From: Eledone cirrhosa
Taxonomy: Eukaryota
NCBI GenBank assembly: GCA_964016885.1
Contig: OZ024753.1
Span: 1,364,001 to 1,428,000, forward strand
Reading direction: 5' to 3'
Length of the DNA stretch: 64,000 nucleotides
A model generated the notes under the pieces. The model was given only the letters and a program-made list of their open reading frames with translations. It did not search any database and was not told where the DNA came from. The position numbers and the translations under genes are program-made. Below are positions 39,224 to 51,179 of this stretch, in pieces (the first letter of the stretch is position 1; each line of letters begins with the position of its first letter).

Positions 39224-40975
39224 ATGAGCAGAAAGTGGTGGTTCTCCGTCACAATTATGACTTTCATATTATTCAATAGTTATATATGTGTGACACCATC
39301 TCCTATCCCAGCAGTTAACAAGTTCGATCTTCTGTCACACAATAGACATTCACAGTTTCAGGATTCTTCCCAATACCAATACCAACAACAACGAAGACGT
39401 TTACAAAGACAGTTGGCTCAGCAGCCAGCGGGTCACTGTTTAGAAATATGGGATGACAATACAGTACCTTGTGAAAGGGATTTAAATAACATTTGTGTCA
39501 ACGAAAACTGGTCACTTCTGGATTTAACCAAACGAAGAGACCACTTATCCTTTATAAATTCGATTGATTCCAGCATTGTTAAAAATGGTAACCTCAAAGC
39601 AAGTATTCAAGAATATGTCAGGCTTGGTATACCGAGGCCTCAACGTAAACTGACCAATCATCATCATCACCGTTCAGTATATTCTTGGAGCCAATGGAGA
39701 AATACATGTTTTCAAAGGTGGATGACTTTATTGAGGCGTCGTTTGAGCACAGCCCGACTCGGTGACTTGGTTATTCCGGGGACTCATAACAGCGCATCTT
39801 TTTCTGTATCACCAAATGGCACTTTGGTAGAAAAGCTTTGGATTTCGCGTGTCGCTTTGAGCCTTGGTTTCAGGGACTATTTCAGCTCATGGGCTCGAAA
39901 CCATGATGGCGGATTAGGTGCCCAGCTAAATGCTGGCTACCGATGTCTTGATTTACGTATTGCTTTGCTACCAAATGGAGGATTTTACTGGTGGCATGGA
40001 ATATCTGGAGAAACCATTGAATCCGGTTTAAAAGAAATTGCTAGTTTTGCGACGGAGAATCCGGGAGAGATCATTATACTTTTAATTTCTCATTTAAATG
40101 TTCCCGGTGACGGAATTCAAGAGAAATTACCAATGCCAGGTGAGTCAAAGATCAAACTTGGTAAATATTTGGTATCTATTTTAGGACCAAATCTTGTCTC
40201 AACACGGAACATTTCTTTAAACCCTACCTTATTAAGTGTCATCGCCACAGGACGTAATGTTATTGTTCTGATTCGGGAAGATAAAGATTTAGTGAATGCC
40301 TTCCCGGATTATTTCTGGAGCGATGTCAACAACGAAACGGTAGTGGAAATATTTGAACGAAGAACGAATCCTCGGAGTATGTTTACACATCGTTCTGACA
40401 TCATGCAGAAATATAAAAGAAATTTTCCTAACAGAATGGCCATCACTCCGGCTTTTGTGACACACAATGTTCCAAATATTTTGGGAGGAATACTAAGAAG
40501 TAAACGGGTAGCTTGGGTTCTTTCTTTGCTGTTAACAATTACGTTCTATCGCTTAATTCAGTCTTCAGAAAAAAGGTACTTTACGACATTTTTCTGTACC
40601 GGATTAAAAAGACGTAACCATGCTAAAGTCACAATGATATATCTATTAATTATAATGATATCTGTGTATTTAGGACATCTACAGCATAGGACTATACTAA
40701 AACTGTTTGGATTCGAGGGCAAGGCCACGAATCTAATAGAAATGGCAAGAATAGCTAACCTTTGCGGAGATGATCCATCGAAATCTAACGGAGAGGTAAT
40801 GTACAAAGGTATTAACTCAATGATCCGGCATTGGTCGGATAGAGGACAAGAATACAGACTGAATATCGTTCTGGTTGATGATTTTTCCTCCAGTCAAGCG
40901 GTAAGGACAGCTATACAAGAAAATATTCGCAGAACAGATGTTGACAGATATAACAGGAAAACTAAATTTAGTTGA
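39224..40975 (+). CDS. PLCXD: Intronless PI-PLC X-domain-containing protein (PLCXD-like), 583 aa, with predicted signal peptide and two internal hydrophobic helices
   Basis: Only long non-repetitive ORF. It carries PLCXD/bacterial PI-PLC motifs in order: WM...LGDLVIPGTHNS (His188), AQLNAGYRCLDLR, WWHG (His258), ENPGEIIILLISH, GRNVIV, and C-terminal NIVLVDDF...AIQEN. The N-terminus is hydrophobic (WWFSVTIMTFILFNSYICV). The symbol is family-level only; orthology is not established. Confidence 0.9.
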   Translation: MSRKWWFSVTIMTFILFNSYICVTPSPIPAVNKFDLLSHNRHSQFQDSSQYQYQQQRRRLQRQLAQQPAGHCLEIWDDNTVPCERDLNNICVNENWSLLDLTKRRDHLSFINSIDSSIVKNGNLKASIQEYVRLGIPRPQRKLTNHHHHRSVYSWSQWRNTCFQRWMTLLRRRLSTARLGDLVIPGTHNSASFSVSPNGTLVEKLWISRVALSLGFRDYFSSWARNHDGGLGAQLNAGYRCLDLRIALLPNGGFYWWHGISGETIESGLKEIASFATENPGEIIILLISHLNVPGDGIQEKLPMPGESKIKLGKYLVSILGPNLVSTRNISLNPTLLSVIATGRNVIVLIREDKDLVNAFPDYFWSDVNNETVVEIFERRTNPRSMFTHRSDIMQKYKRNFPNRMAITPAFVTHNVPNILGGILRSKRVAWVLSLLLTITFYRLIQSSEKRYFTTFFCTGLKRRNHAKVTMIYLLIIMISVYLGHLQHRTILKLFGFEGKATNLIEMARIANLCGDDPSKSNGEVMYKGINSMIRHWSDRGQEYRLNIVLVDDFSSSQAVRTAIQENIRRTDVDRYNRKTKFS

Positions 40976-41159
40976 CCAGAGATAAGACACAAAGTACATT
41001 ATATATACAAACATATATATATACAAACATATATACATACATGCATACATACTCACATGAATATAAATATGTTGATATATGCATAAATATACACATTACA
41101 TGTATATATGTATACACACAGACATGCTAGCGTGGAAAATGAACGTTAAACGATGATGA

Positions 41160-41300
41160 TTATATACATATATACACACATATATATATACATATATATG
41201 TATATATATATATGTATATATACATACATATATATGTATATATACATATATATATATATGTATATATACATATATATATATGTATATATACATATATACA

Positions 41301-41346
<46 letters not shown>

Positions 41347-41458
41347 TATATATGTATATATACATATATATATATATGTATATATACATATATATATATA
41401 TGTATATATACATTTATATATATGTATATATACATATATATATGTATATATACATATA

Positions 41459-41499
<41 letters not shown>

Positions 41500-41947
41500 A
41501 TACATATATATATACATATATATATACATATATATATACATATATATATACATATATATATACATATATATATATACATGTATATATATATATGTATACA
41601 CATAGATATATGTGTATATATATATATGTATATATACAGATATATACATATATATATATATGTATATATACACACACACAGTATAACCCATGCAAGCATG
41701 GGTTATGGAAGTAAAACAGTGATGATGATATAGTCACTCAACATATACATTATATACATTATATATATATATATATAATATATATATATATACACACACG
41801 TGCATATATGACATATACATGTAAATAAATAGTAAAAACAAACCAATTGAAAAAGAACACCACCCACCCACACACCTACCATTCCAAATAGAAAAAGAAT
41901 AGTTGTTTATTTTTATATTAAAAAGAAAAACAGAAATATATATATAC

Positions 41948-41993
<46 letters not shown>

Positions 41994-42238
41994 GAATGCT
42001 ATGTTTTATTTGTTCTTATTGCCAACTCAGCATCAATAACTTAAATATTGTAATTTCTCCATGTCAGTCATAATTCTTTCTTTTTATTCACAAATGTCGC
42101 GTCTAAAATGCTTGTTGTGATATATATATATATGTATATATACATATATATATATCACAGATATATATATATATATACATACATATATATATATCACAGA
42201 TATATATATATATATACATACATATATATATATCACAG

Positions 42239-42276
<38 letters not shown>

Positions 42277-42314
42277 CACAGATATATATATATATATATA
42301 CATATATCACAGAT

Positions 42315-42346
<32 letters not shown>

Positions 42347-42349
42347 CAC

Positions 42350-42403
<54 letters not shown>

Positions 42404-42412
42404 CACAGATAT

Positions 42413-42444
<32 letters not shown>

Positions 42445-42452
42445 CACAGATA

Positions 42453-42511
<59 letters not shown>

Positions 42512-42514
42512 CAC

Positions 42515-42552
<38 letters not shown>

Positions 42553-42615
42553 GTATATAACAGATATATATATAGATATATCACAGATATATATATATAT
42601 AATATATATATATAA
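41160..42615. repeat. TA-rich microsatellite blocks, including an ATCACAG-punctuated array (about 42120-42615)
   Basis: Low complexity with short unique interruptions. Confidence 0.88.
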
Positions 42616-42694
42616 TGTGATAAAAGTTATACACAAGGAGCACCAAAAAATGTACACATTTATTAGAATTTTGTTGAAATATATATATATATAT

Positions 42695-42840
42695 ATGTTC
42701 ATTTTATTAAGGCTAAATAGTGAGTCTTGTTAATAAACAGGCAAAGCTCCAGAGTAACAAGACTTACTATTTAGCCTTCATAAAATGAATATTAAAACTC
42801 TACTTCGGTATTGAGTAGACTTTTCTTTCAGCCGTCAACC
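42695..42840 (+). mobile_element. Foldback Penelope-like fragment (paralog of 45051-45189)
   Basis: Arms TTCATTTTATTAAGGCTAAATAGTGAGTCTTGTTA / TAACAAGACTTACTATTTAGCCTTCATAAAATGAA, with the same tail AAAACTCTACTTCGGTATT. Confidence 0.55.
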
Positions 42841-42855
42841 ACACACACCACAGAC

Positions 42856-42903
<48 letters not shown>

Positions 42904-43254
42904 GTGACGAAACATGGAAACACGAAAGGGGGAGGGCTTACCACTTTGATAGAGTAAACCCCAATATATATATATATATATATCCACATATATATATAAT
43001 TCAAGTGACAGCTGGCTGATACAAATCATGTTATCAATGTCTACGCATGTTTCAGTTTTACTGTAAACAGGTAGTCCAGTCAATGAAGTAAAGGTATTCA
43101 CAGACGCATATGCAAAGCAATTGATTATTTGTGTAAAATAAAACATGAGTTTTTTCAAGCATCTTGCTATTAGTTATAAATGTAAGGTGCAGTTATAGTA
43201 TAGTTAATAAATTAATATATCTTGCATCCTCCCAATATCATCATCATCATCATC

Positions 43255-43440
43255 ACCGTTTTACGTCCGTTCTTCCATGCTAGCATGGGTTAGACGGGTT
43301 GTCCTGTTGTGGGCAGTGTCTGGTCGGCTGACCATGCCTTGCTCATACAGGAACTGATTCTGGCTTGATTTCTACAGCTGGATGCCCTTCCTAACACCAA
43401 CCTCATTTACAGTGAGTGCTGGGTGCTTTTTTCCGTGGCG
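43255..43440. repeat. Dispersed repeat with a GGATGCCCTTCCTAAC core next to (CAT)n
   Basis: Inverted copies at about 62360-62570 and 48815-48955; end fragments at about 41123 and 41685. Confidence 0.6.
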
Positions 43441-43527
43441 CCTACACGACCACTTTGCAGTGGGAGGGTGTGGGGGCATATTGTCTATATATATATAGTT
43501 ATGTAATAAACAACATAAGATAATTAT

Positions 43528-43588
43528 TTCATTTACCACTGGTTTCTTGAAGACAGATTTTATGTCTGTCTTCATTCATCAGAAAGAA
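43528..43588 (-). ncRNA. Type-I hammerhead ribozyme motif in a foldback insert
   Basis: Minus strand reads UUCUUU-CUGAUGA-A-UGAAGACAGA(loop)UCUGUCUUCA-A-GAAACC(AGU)GGUA^AAUGAA. Intact core boxes, 10-bp stem II, GUA triplet, stem I 5/6 paired. Confidence 0.68.
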
Positions 43589-44829
43589 TAATATGTAAAT
43601 GAAATAATTATCTCATGTTGTTTATTACATAACTAGAAAGCTCTGTAGCCTACATAGGGCCCTCTCTTTTCTTTACCTTTCCTACGGAAATACTTCATTT
43701 ATATATATATATGTGTCCAACGATACAGGCTCATACTAAGTTTGTCCAGATGTGAAATGTAACCCCTTACTCCATTAAGTGATTTAGAAATCAGTGATAA
43801 ATATATATGATCTGTAAATATGGGTTACAACATGTACATGTAGAAGTAACACAACATGTACATGTAGAAGTAACACAACATGTACATGTAGAAGTAACAC
43901 AACAGCATAAAAGTAGTAGAAATTGAAGCGGAAATGTTACGTCTCTGTCAAACAGCCACCTTCTCCACCCACATACTTCTCTGGCATATACAAATATATT
44001 TGTTGGAGTGGCGATGGAGCGACACATTCTCCAGCGGCAACATGGTGCAGTCTGCAACTAACCCAGGCTCTGCTGCACTTCGGACCGAGGAGGGTAGGGT
44101 AAACTCTTTAAATATCTGTCGTTCTCCGGCAGGTTTGCGGTCCAGGCCCTGGCAGTGGAGACTTCTTGTGTCCTTGGCCCTAGGGCCACCTCCCTGCTCA
44201 CCACCATCAGCACAGAGTTAGCTACCCACAGGTGTGAGCCTTCAGCGCATCTTCCTCACCATCCTTCGGGGAAACGCCTTTTCTATTCTGTCCGCCGGGG
44301 ACCGCGGGGCGGCCAGCGCATGGGGCCCCCATTTGCTCTAAATAGTGAGAGATGGGGAGAGCAGGAGAGACGGTGACAGTGAGAGTTTAGTTCCTTTGTG
44401 CTCGGACCTGATGTTTATATAGGTTTCATGGACACACACTCCCACTGAGACTGATACATATAAAACCGTTACAACCTACACTGTCATACTAAGTTTGATC
44501 TAAAATACAAATCCTTAGTTTTACCCTCACTACCATTCTACTCCTGCGTTCTGGCTTATTTTATTTGCTTTTTAGTTTCCTTAATGCTATAGAATTTATG
44601 AATCCTGGTAAATTCCTCAGAGATCTTCATATCCCTCCACTCCTTGTTTTTCTATTTTCAATTCCATGAACATCCATTGTACTGAGAAAGATGTATAAAA
44701 CCTTTAGCTACACTTTAAGTTATTAAGTTATACACAAGGTGTACCCAAAAAAATGTACACATATTTATTAGAATTTTGTTGAAATATATATATATATTTC
44801 AACAAATATATATATATATATATATATAG

Positions 44830-44998
44830 GCTCAAGCCGTTTCGACGGCTATTTCTGGACTAGTCCAGAAATAGCCGTCGAAACGGCTTGAGCTCTGCCG
44901 TCGGGGCCAAACATTTTCCTATGACCCACTCTACAACCCTAAGTATTGAGTACTCTGATGCGTTATGGTCCATCTGGTTCCTTACCACACCTCCTTCG
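44830..44998 (+). mobile_element. Foldback Penelope-like fragment with a perfect 64-bp palindrome, in (TA)n
   Basis: 44830-44893 is a loopless palindrome centred on GACT|AGTC and contains CGAAAC. Its tail resembles 17032-17117. Confidence 0.55.
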
Positions 44999-45021
44999 TT
45001 ATATATATACATATATATATT

Positions 45022-45050
<29 letters not shown>

Positions 45051-45054
<4 letters not shown>

Positions 45055-45189
45055 TCATTTTATTAAGGTTAAATAGTGAGTCAGGGTTTTTTGGGAGTTT
45101 CGCCTGTTTATAAACAGGCAAAACTCCAGAGTAACAAGACTCACTATTTAGCCTTAATAGAATGAATATTAAAACTCTACTTCGGTATT
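45051..45189 (+). mobile_element. Foldback Penelope-like fragment (paralog of 42695-42812)
   Basis: Imperfect palindrome centred at 45110/45111 (GCCTGTTTA|TAAACAGGC), followed by a hammerhead 3' half (G/A)AAACTC-CA-GAGTA. Confidence 0.55.
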
Positions 45190-45882
45190 TATGTTCATAC
45201 ATCTTAAATTACATGGTCCACCCATGGCAATCTCCCCAGACTGTACATGGTGGTGCAGAATGCATGGAGGAGCATTTATGAATCCTGGGGAATTCCTGAG
45301 AGATCTTCACGTCTCTTCACTCCTTGTTTTTCTATCTGGTTCTCAATTTCATGTACATCCCTTGTACTGAGAGGGATGTATATATATAAAACCTTTAGCT
45401 ACACTTTAAGTTACTAATGCTGTAAAGTATTTCTAAACCCACTGAAATGTCAAGATGGACACCTTGTCAATTGTCCCCCAGCCACTCTCAACTACTGGCT
45501 GCATCAGTTACGGGAATTTGATCCCTGAAAGTTCCACCGCCCCTGCACATATATACAGTGGCCCCCAACACTTTATCTGTACAGGCAATATTTATTAGAA
45601 TGTTGTTGAAGTATGTATACATTTTTCGGGACACACATATATTCACCTATATATATATATCCGCACACATATAAATCGCCACATACACTCACACATATAT
45701 ACTCACACTCACACACACACACACACACACATATTCACACACACACACACACATTTACACACACACACACATATATATATATACAGGAATGAAAAATGGC
45801 GTACTGTGTTGTTGCAAATGTGATATACAAATTAAAATGAAGAATTAGAAATAGAAGCCAGTACTATCCATCATCAGTGGTC

Positions 45883-45931
<49 letters not shown>

Positions 45932-46142
45932 CAGACCCGCATACCAACAGCAGATAACTTCACATTTCACTTCTGCCACCATAATTATTTCTCTTTACTT
46001 CCAATGTTTAAACACAGTAATTGTGTCTGTTGTGTACAGTGTCAACAGTACATCAACTATATTGAAATAATACAAGCTTAAAAGGTTATTTTAAAGTGTT
46101 TGCGCGCCCGAGTCTCCATGTATGCATAGATACATATGCATG

Positions 46143-46194
<52 letters not shown>

Positions 46195-46195
<1 letters not shown>

Positions 46196-46500
46196 GTAGG
46201 CTTGAATTTCGAATTGAAGATAGCGAGTTTGGCTTTTACACATGCCACCCTTCTTCTGATAACCGAGTGCTGAAGCTGGCACATTACTGCACCAGCTCCA
46301 ACAATTCTTGCATTAAATTCAAACTTCTGCTTTCCATCATTTGTGAAAACGGCTCCGAGATACTTGAACTTCTTCACCTACTTCAATGTAACTCTACATA
46401 CATATAGTGTTCTCTACACAGGCTTCCTTTAGGAGGACGAATGTCTCAGTCTTTGCAGCACAGATTTTCATTCCTGCCATACAGCACTCGGTACTAAAGC
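46195..46500 (-). mobile_element. RTE-like LINE RT fragment
   Basis: VKKFKYLGAVFTNDG...EFNARI...KAKLAIFNSKFKPTLIY. Confidence 0.75.
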
Positions 46501-47410
46501 TATACATATCGGAGATCACCTTAAGATAGTTATCTTTTCTCTTTGCAGACACGAAGTGGCCTCTCTGCATTACATTTAATTTGTATCAAATGTCCTCAGG
46601 CACAATTCTTCCAATAATGTACCTTGAAACCTTGAACTCTTTACCAATGGGTAGAACTGGTGGTTCTGGTAGGCAAATCTTGATGTAACAAATCCATCAA
46701 AGCACTCAACATTATGCAAGTCATCCATCTTAGATGTGGTATCCAGTGGGTGCTGCAGGAATGGAGTAAAGTATTTATTAAACAAACAACAGAAGGCCAG
46801 ACTGGAAGATATGCTGTAAATCTTAATCTCATGAAATAACTATAGATATTTCAACAGCGCAGCTCCATCATCCAATTATGATGCAAGAGAGGACGATCTC
46901 ATCAGGTAACTTTAAATTACATAACAGGGTTACGTTGAACCCAAACTATATATATATATGTGTGTTTCTACTTTAGGCATAAGGCCAGTCAATTGAAGGG
47001 AGAGGAATGTCGATTAAATCGACCCCAGTACATTACTGTTACTTTATTTTATCGACCCCGTAAGGATGAAAGGCAAAGCTAAACTCGGCGGGATTTCACC
47101 TCAGAACGTAATGCTTGAAAATAGACTAGATTGTCGTGGTTGGAATGCCTTCCATCATTTGATTCTAGGTCTTCTGAACCAGAACAGATCTGGTGCTAAA
47201 CAACATCATCATCATCACCACCATTATCGCCATAGTTGGTAACATTTTACTCATTGATTCCATGGTTATTTCTCGCACACATAAAGAGCTGCAAATGTCA
47301 TATTAATTCATATCAGTTTTATAACGGGAAGTGAGAACACATTTTGCAGAATATGAATGATCTCTCTCTCTCTTATATATATATATATATATAGAGAGAG
47401 AGGGGTATAG

Positions 47411-47463
<53 letters not shown>

Positions 47464-47558
47464 TTATATATATATATACATACATATATACTTTTTTTTG
47501 TTTTTCTATCTCAGTCTCTTTCCCATCACTGACAATTATATTCACGTTATGTTTACCT

Positions 47559-47594
<36 letters not shown>

Positions 47595-47909
47595 GTACGC
47601 ACTGCTATTTAACTTCGCTTCCAACGGTGGCAAGCTATTATCTTTGGTACTGTGCTGTGGCGATTATTCTAAAGATTGTTATGTTTTTCAACAACAATAA
47701 CATTTTGATGCCGGTCGCAAAAAATATATTAGAACAACGAACTTCGCCGTATCGCAATCTTTCTAGAAACCACACCCACGGACCACCTACAAACCAAAAA
47801 CACCTCAATGAAAGACCACTTCAGCCCTGCCAACCTCTAAAAATACAAATGGAGAGTACCATGGAAAAAGTGTCTCAAAACGGGGAGAAATGGGGAGATT
47901 TTACATAAT

Positions 47910-48021
47910 TGTTTCTACTTTAGGCACAAGGCCAGCAATTACCCCCAGTGCATTACTGGTCTTTATTTTATCGACCCCGTAAGGATGAAAGGTAAAGTCA
48001 ACCTCGGCGGGATTTCAACTC
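47910..48021 (-). mobile_element. SINE family A, 5'-truncated, inserted in a MITE
   Basis: 22-bp TSD AAATGGGGAGATTTTACATAAT. Confidence 0.85.
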
Positions 48022-49351
48022 AAATGGGGAGATTTTACATAATGAAAGCTATACAAATTTTCACAAGAGAAGACATCTGTCACCCACTCCAAAGAGGGTG
48101 GGAGATCTCCCCGACGGACGGGGAGAATTGACAGGCCTGGCACTTGGTGGCGGAAGTTTAACGAACAGTTTGTTTTCACAGATACCTCGCACCCAAGTAT
48201 ATACTATTAACAACAATTATGTGACAATTATGAGAACCCACGTAATATATATATAGGTATATTTATTCAATTTAGGCAGCGAATTGACAGAGTCGTTAGA
48301 ATGTCGGATAGAATGTTTACAGTATTCGTTCCGGCTCTTTGCGCTCTCAGTTCAAAACCCGCCAAGGTCAACTTTGTCTTTTATCCTTTCGAGATCAATA
48401 AAAAATATACCAGTCCAATACTGGAGTCGATTTTCCCTCTATATGTCTATCTCATTCCTCTCTATTATTATCTTTCTCAGGAGAGGAGCTCCACCAGTTT
48501 TAAAATATCCAAGAAACGTTATATATCACTATGGCGTCCCTATCATTCCTCTAGAAGTTATGGGTCCATATATATATATTATCCTATATACGTCCTTGTT
48601 CTTATATGGTAAGGTGTGGTTTGAAGGAAATTTAGCTGCATTGATTGAGCACATGGTGGCGCCCTCTTTGGTTCACTCCTTGGTGTTGTTGCTGTTTAGT
48701 CTCAAGTCAGTTCTGACCAAGCAGATCTTATAATCAAATATGTTACAGCTGTGAGCATCTCATATTTAATCAGACATAAGTTCATCTAGGGTCACATTAT
48801 CAAATGCATCCGAGTACACGCTGTAAAGTGGTTAGTATTAGGGAAGGACATTCAACCAAAAACGAAGCGTACAGGCAAAACGTTATCTCAATACGTGACA
48901 GCCCCATCTAACCCATGCAATCATAGAAAATAGACATTAAACGGTGAAGATGATGATTATAATGCTGGCCTTATTAAGATGTACTGTACAGGAGATTTGG
49001 TTGCTGCGTCTAACAGTGCAAAGCTGTCCTCTAAGGGTTCATATGCATTTGTCTATATTAATTGCATCACGTGGGTTCAATTTCGGTCGTGTATTTATTC
49101 ATTTTAAAAAGTGTAAAACAGAAATTGAAGGTTTTAGAAAAACAAATCCAATTAAATGTCACGTGTGTCCTAGTTTCAGTCCTACGAGACGCCAGTTTTC
49201 TTAAAGGGGTTATCGTCTATAAGTCTAGTTAGAAATGGTTGCTGTCAGACATTCTCTTATCTAATGGCACCAGCCATTTTAACCATCCCTGTTTTTTGTT
49301 ACAGCTTTCGACGAAATTATATATATATATATATATATATACCCATACACA

Positions 49352-49422
<71 letters not shown>

Positions 49423-49573
49423 GAGCGTATATATATATGTGAGCGTATATACATATACACACACCTAACTATATTTCTTGAAAGATTTTTATATATTTCA
49501 TATTCTAATTCATTTGTCTATATTTTTTTTGCTTTTCTTGATGAGACTTTCCAAGTATTTACCCATGTTTTAT

Positions 49574-49651
49574 ATTGCCTCGTTTGACGAACGAATGAAG
49601 ACGTTTCTTTCGTATTCGCCTCATTCGGGAAACCTCTGGTAATGAGGTAAT
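49574..49651 (+). ncRNA. Degenerate type-I hammerhead ribozyme (C3>U)
   Basis: AUUGCCUCGU-UUGACGA-A-CGAAUGA...UCAUUCG-G-GAAACC(UCU)GGUA^AUGAGGUAAU. 10-bp stem I (two G-U pairs), 7-bp stem II, ACC/GGU stem III. Confidence 0.62.
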
Positions 49652-49785
49652 TATATTGTATTGATTTTTATACATTAAATTTTGCTCTGGTACTTATATA
49701 TAGCACTCTTCACTTCTATGACCTTTTCTGTTTTCAACGGAAATTTCAATACCTATATATATATATATACCCATACACACACAAA

Positions 49786-49841
<56 letters not shown>

Positions 49842-49893
49842 TTTTCGCAAGTGTGGTTGTATGTTCCAGTTTAGCTGTTGGCTAAATTAATAA

Positions 49894-50275
49894 ATAATTG
49901 TTTCTACTTTTGGCACAAGGCCAGCAATTATCCCAGTGTATTACTGGTACTTTATTTTATCGACCCCGTAAGGATGAAAGGCAAAGTTAACCTCAGCGGG
50001 ATTTGAACTCAGATCGTAAAGGGACGTAACTACGCTGGAAAGCATGTCTGACCCTCCACCAATACTGCCAATTCACCGCAGTTGAATGGCTAAATTAATA
50101 AATAATGGTTTCTAGTTTAGGCACAAGGCCAACAATTTTGGTAGAGGGGAAAATCTATTAAATCGACCCCAGTACGTTACTGTTACTTTATTTTATCGAC
50201 CCCGTAAGGATGAAAGGCAAAGCTAAACTCGGTGGGATTTGAACTCAGAACGTCAAGGGCCATAGCTCTATACCG
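49894..50275 (-). mobile_element. Two tandem SINE family A copies
   Basis: Each copy is preceded by TGGCTAAATTAATAAATAAT. Confidence 0.82.
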
Positions 50276-50619
50276 AGAAAGAGATGTAGAGGAAGTATGT
50301 ACCCCAATACTTGACTGGTACTTTTTTTAACAATTCTGCCAATTCGCCACCTAAATATCTCTTTATTTATAGACAAATTCACAGTACTTCAGGATTTATT
50401 ATTGAGAAGATTTTCAAATACTAGCTTCAGCATGAATCTGTGTTGATATACGAACTTTTCAGGTGGTTCTCTTAATGGTCTATATGAATTAACATTTTAA
50501 TTTGGGATGACATCCAGGTGACATCTTTTAGCTCTGCAATGGACTAGTGACCTGTCCAGGCGGGTGTCATGTGCTCTCAGTCACTTCATTTACTATGCTC
50601 TGCTTAATTGTCATTGTTA

Positions 50620-50781
50620 CCGGACGCCATGCTTTGGCGCATAGAGTTATGGCCCTTTCCATTCTGAGTTCAAATCCCGCCGAGGTTAACTTTGCCTTTC
50701 ATCCTTACGGGGTCGATAAAATAAAGTACCAGTAATGCACTGGGTAATTGCTGACCTTGTGCTAAAAGTAGAAACAATTAT
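50620..50781 (+). mobile_element. SINE family A
   Basis: B-box, core and tail. Confidence 0.82.
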
Positions 50782-51002
50782 TTAATCTATTTTTTTAACG
50801 TAGTTTTCAGGGAGATTCGGTATGTGACAGTGTTTGACAATGCTGACCGTTTTAACTACAGCCACAACTCATATTTTTCAGCTGAGTGGATTGGATCAAC
50901 ATGAAATAAAGTGTCTTGTTCAAGGACACAACCCGACGTCAGAAATCGAACGCGCGACCTTTTGATCGCGAAGCGAACGCCCCAATCATTAAGCCAACCG
51001 TC

Positions 51003-51084
<82 letters not shown>

Positions 51085-51125
51085 TAGAGAGATACTGGGT
51101 GCAGTGCAGTGCATGTGTGTGAATA

Positions 51126-51179
<54 letters not shown>

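Noticed and set aside
44200-44345. HDV/CPEB3-like ribozyme on the minus strand (GGGGGCC...GGTCCCC-GG; CCTCCTC in the 19070 copy)
   Set aside because: A P1-like pairing exists, but I could not build consistent P2, P3 and J4/2 elements in either copy. It needs a descriptor search.
46560-46930. Coding-like minus-strand segment (CSTHWIPH), perhaps hAT transposase debris
   Set aside because: Too short and broken to assign.
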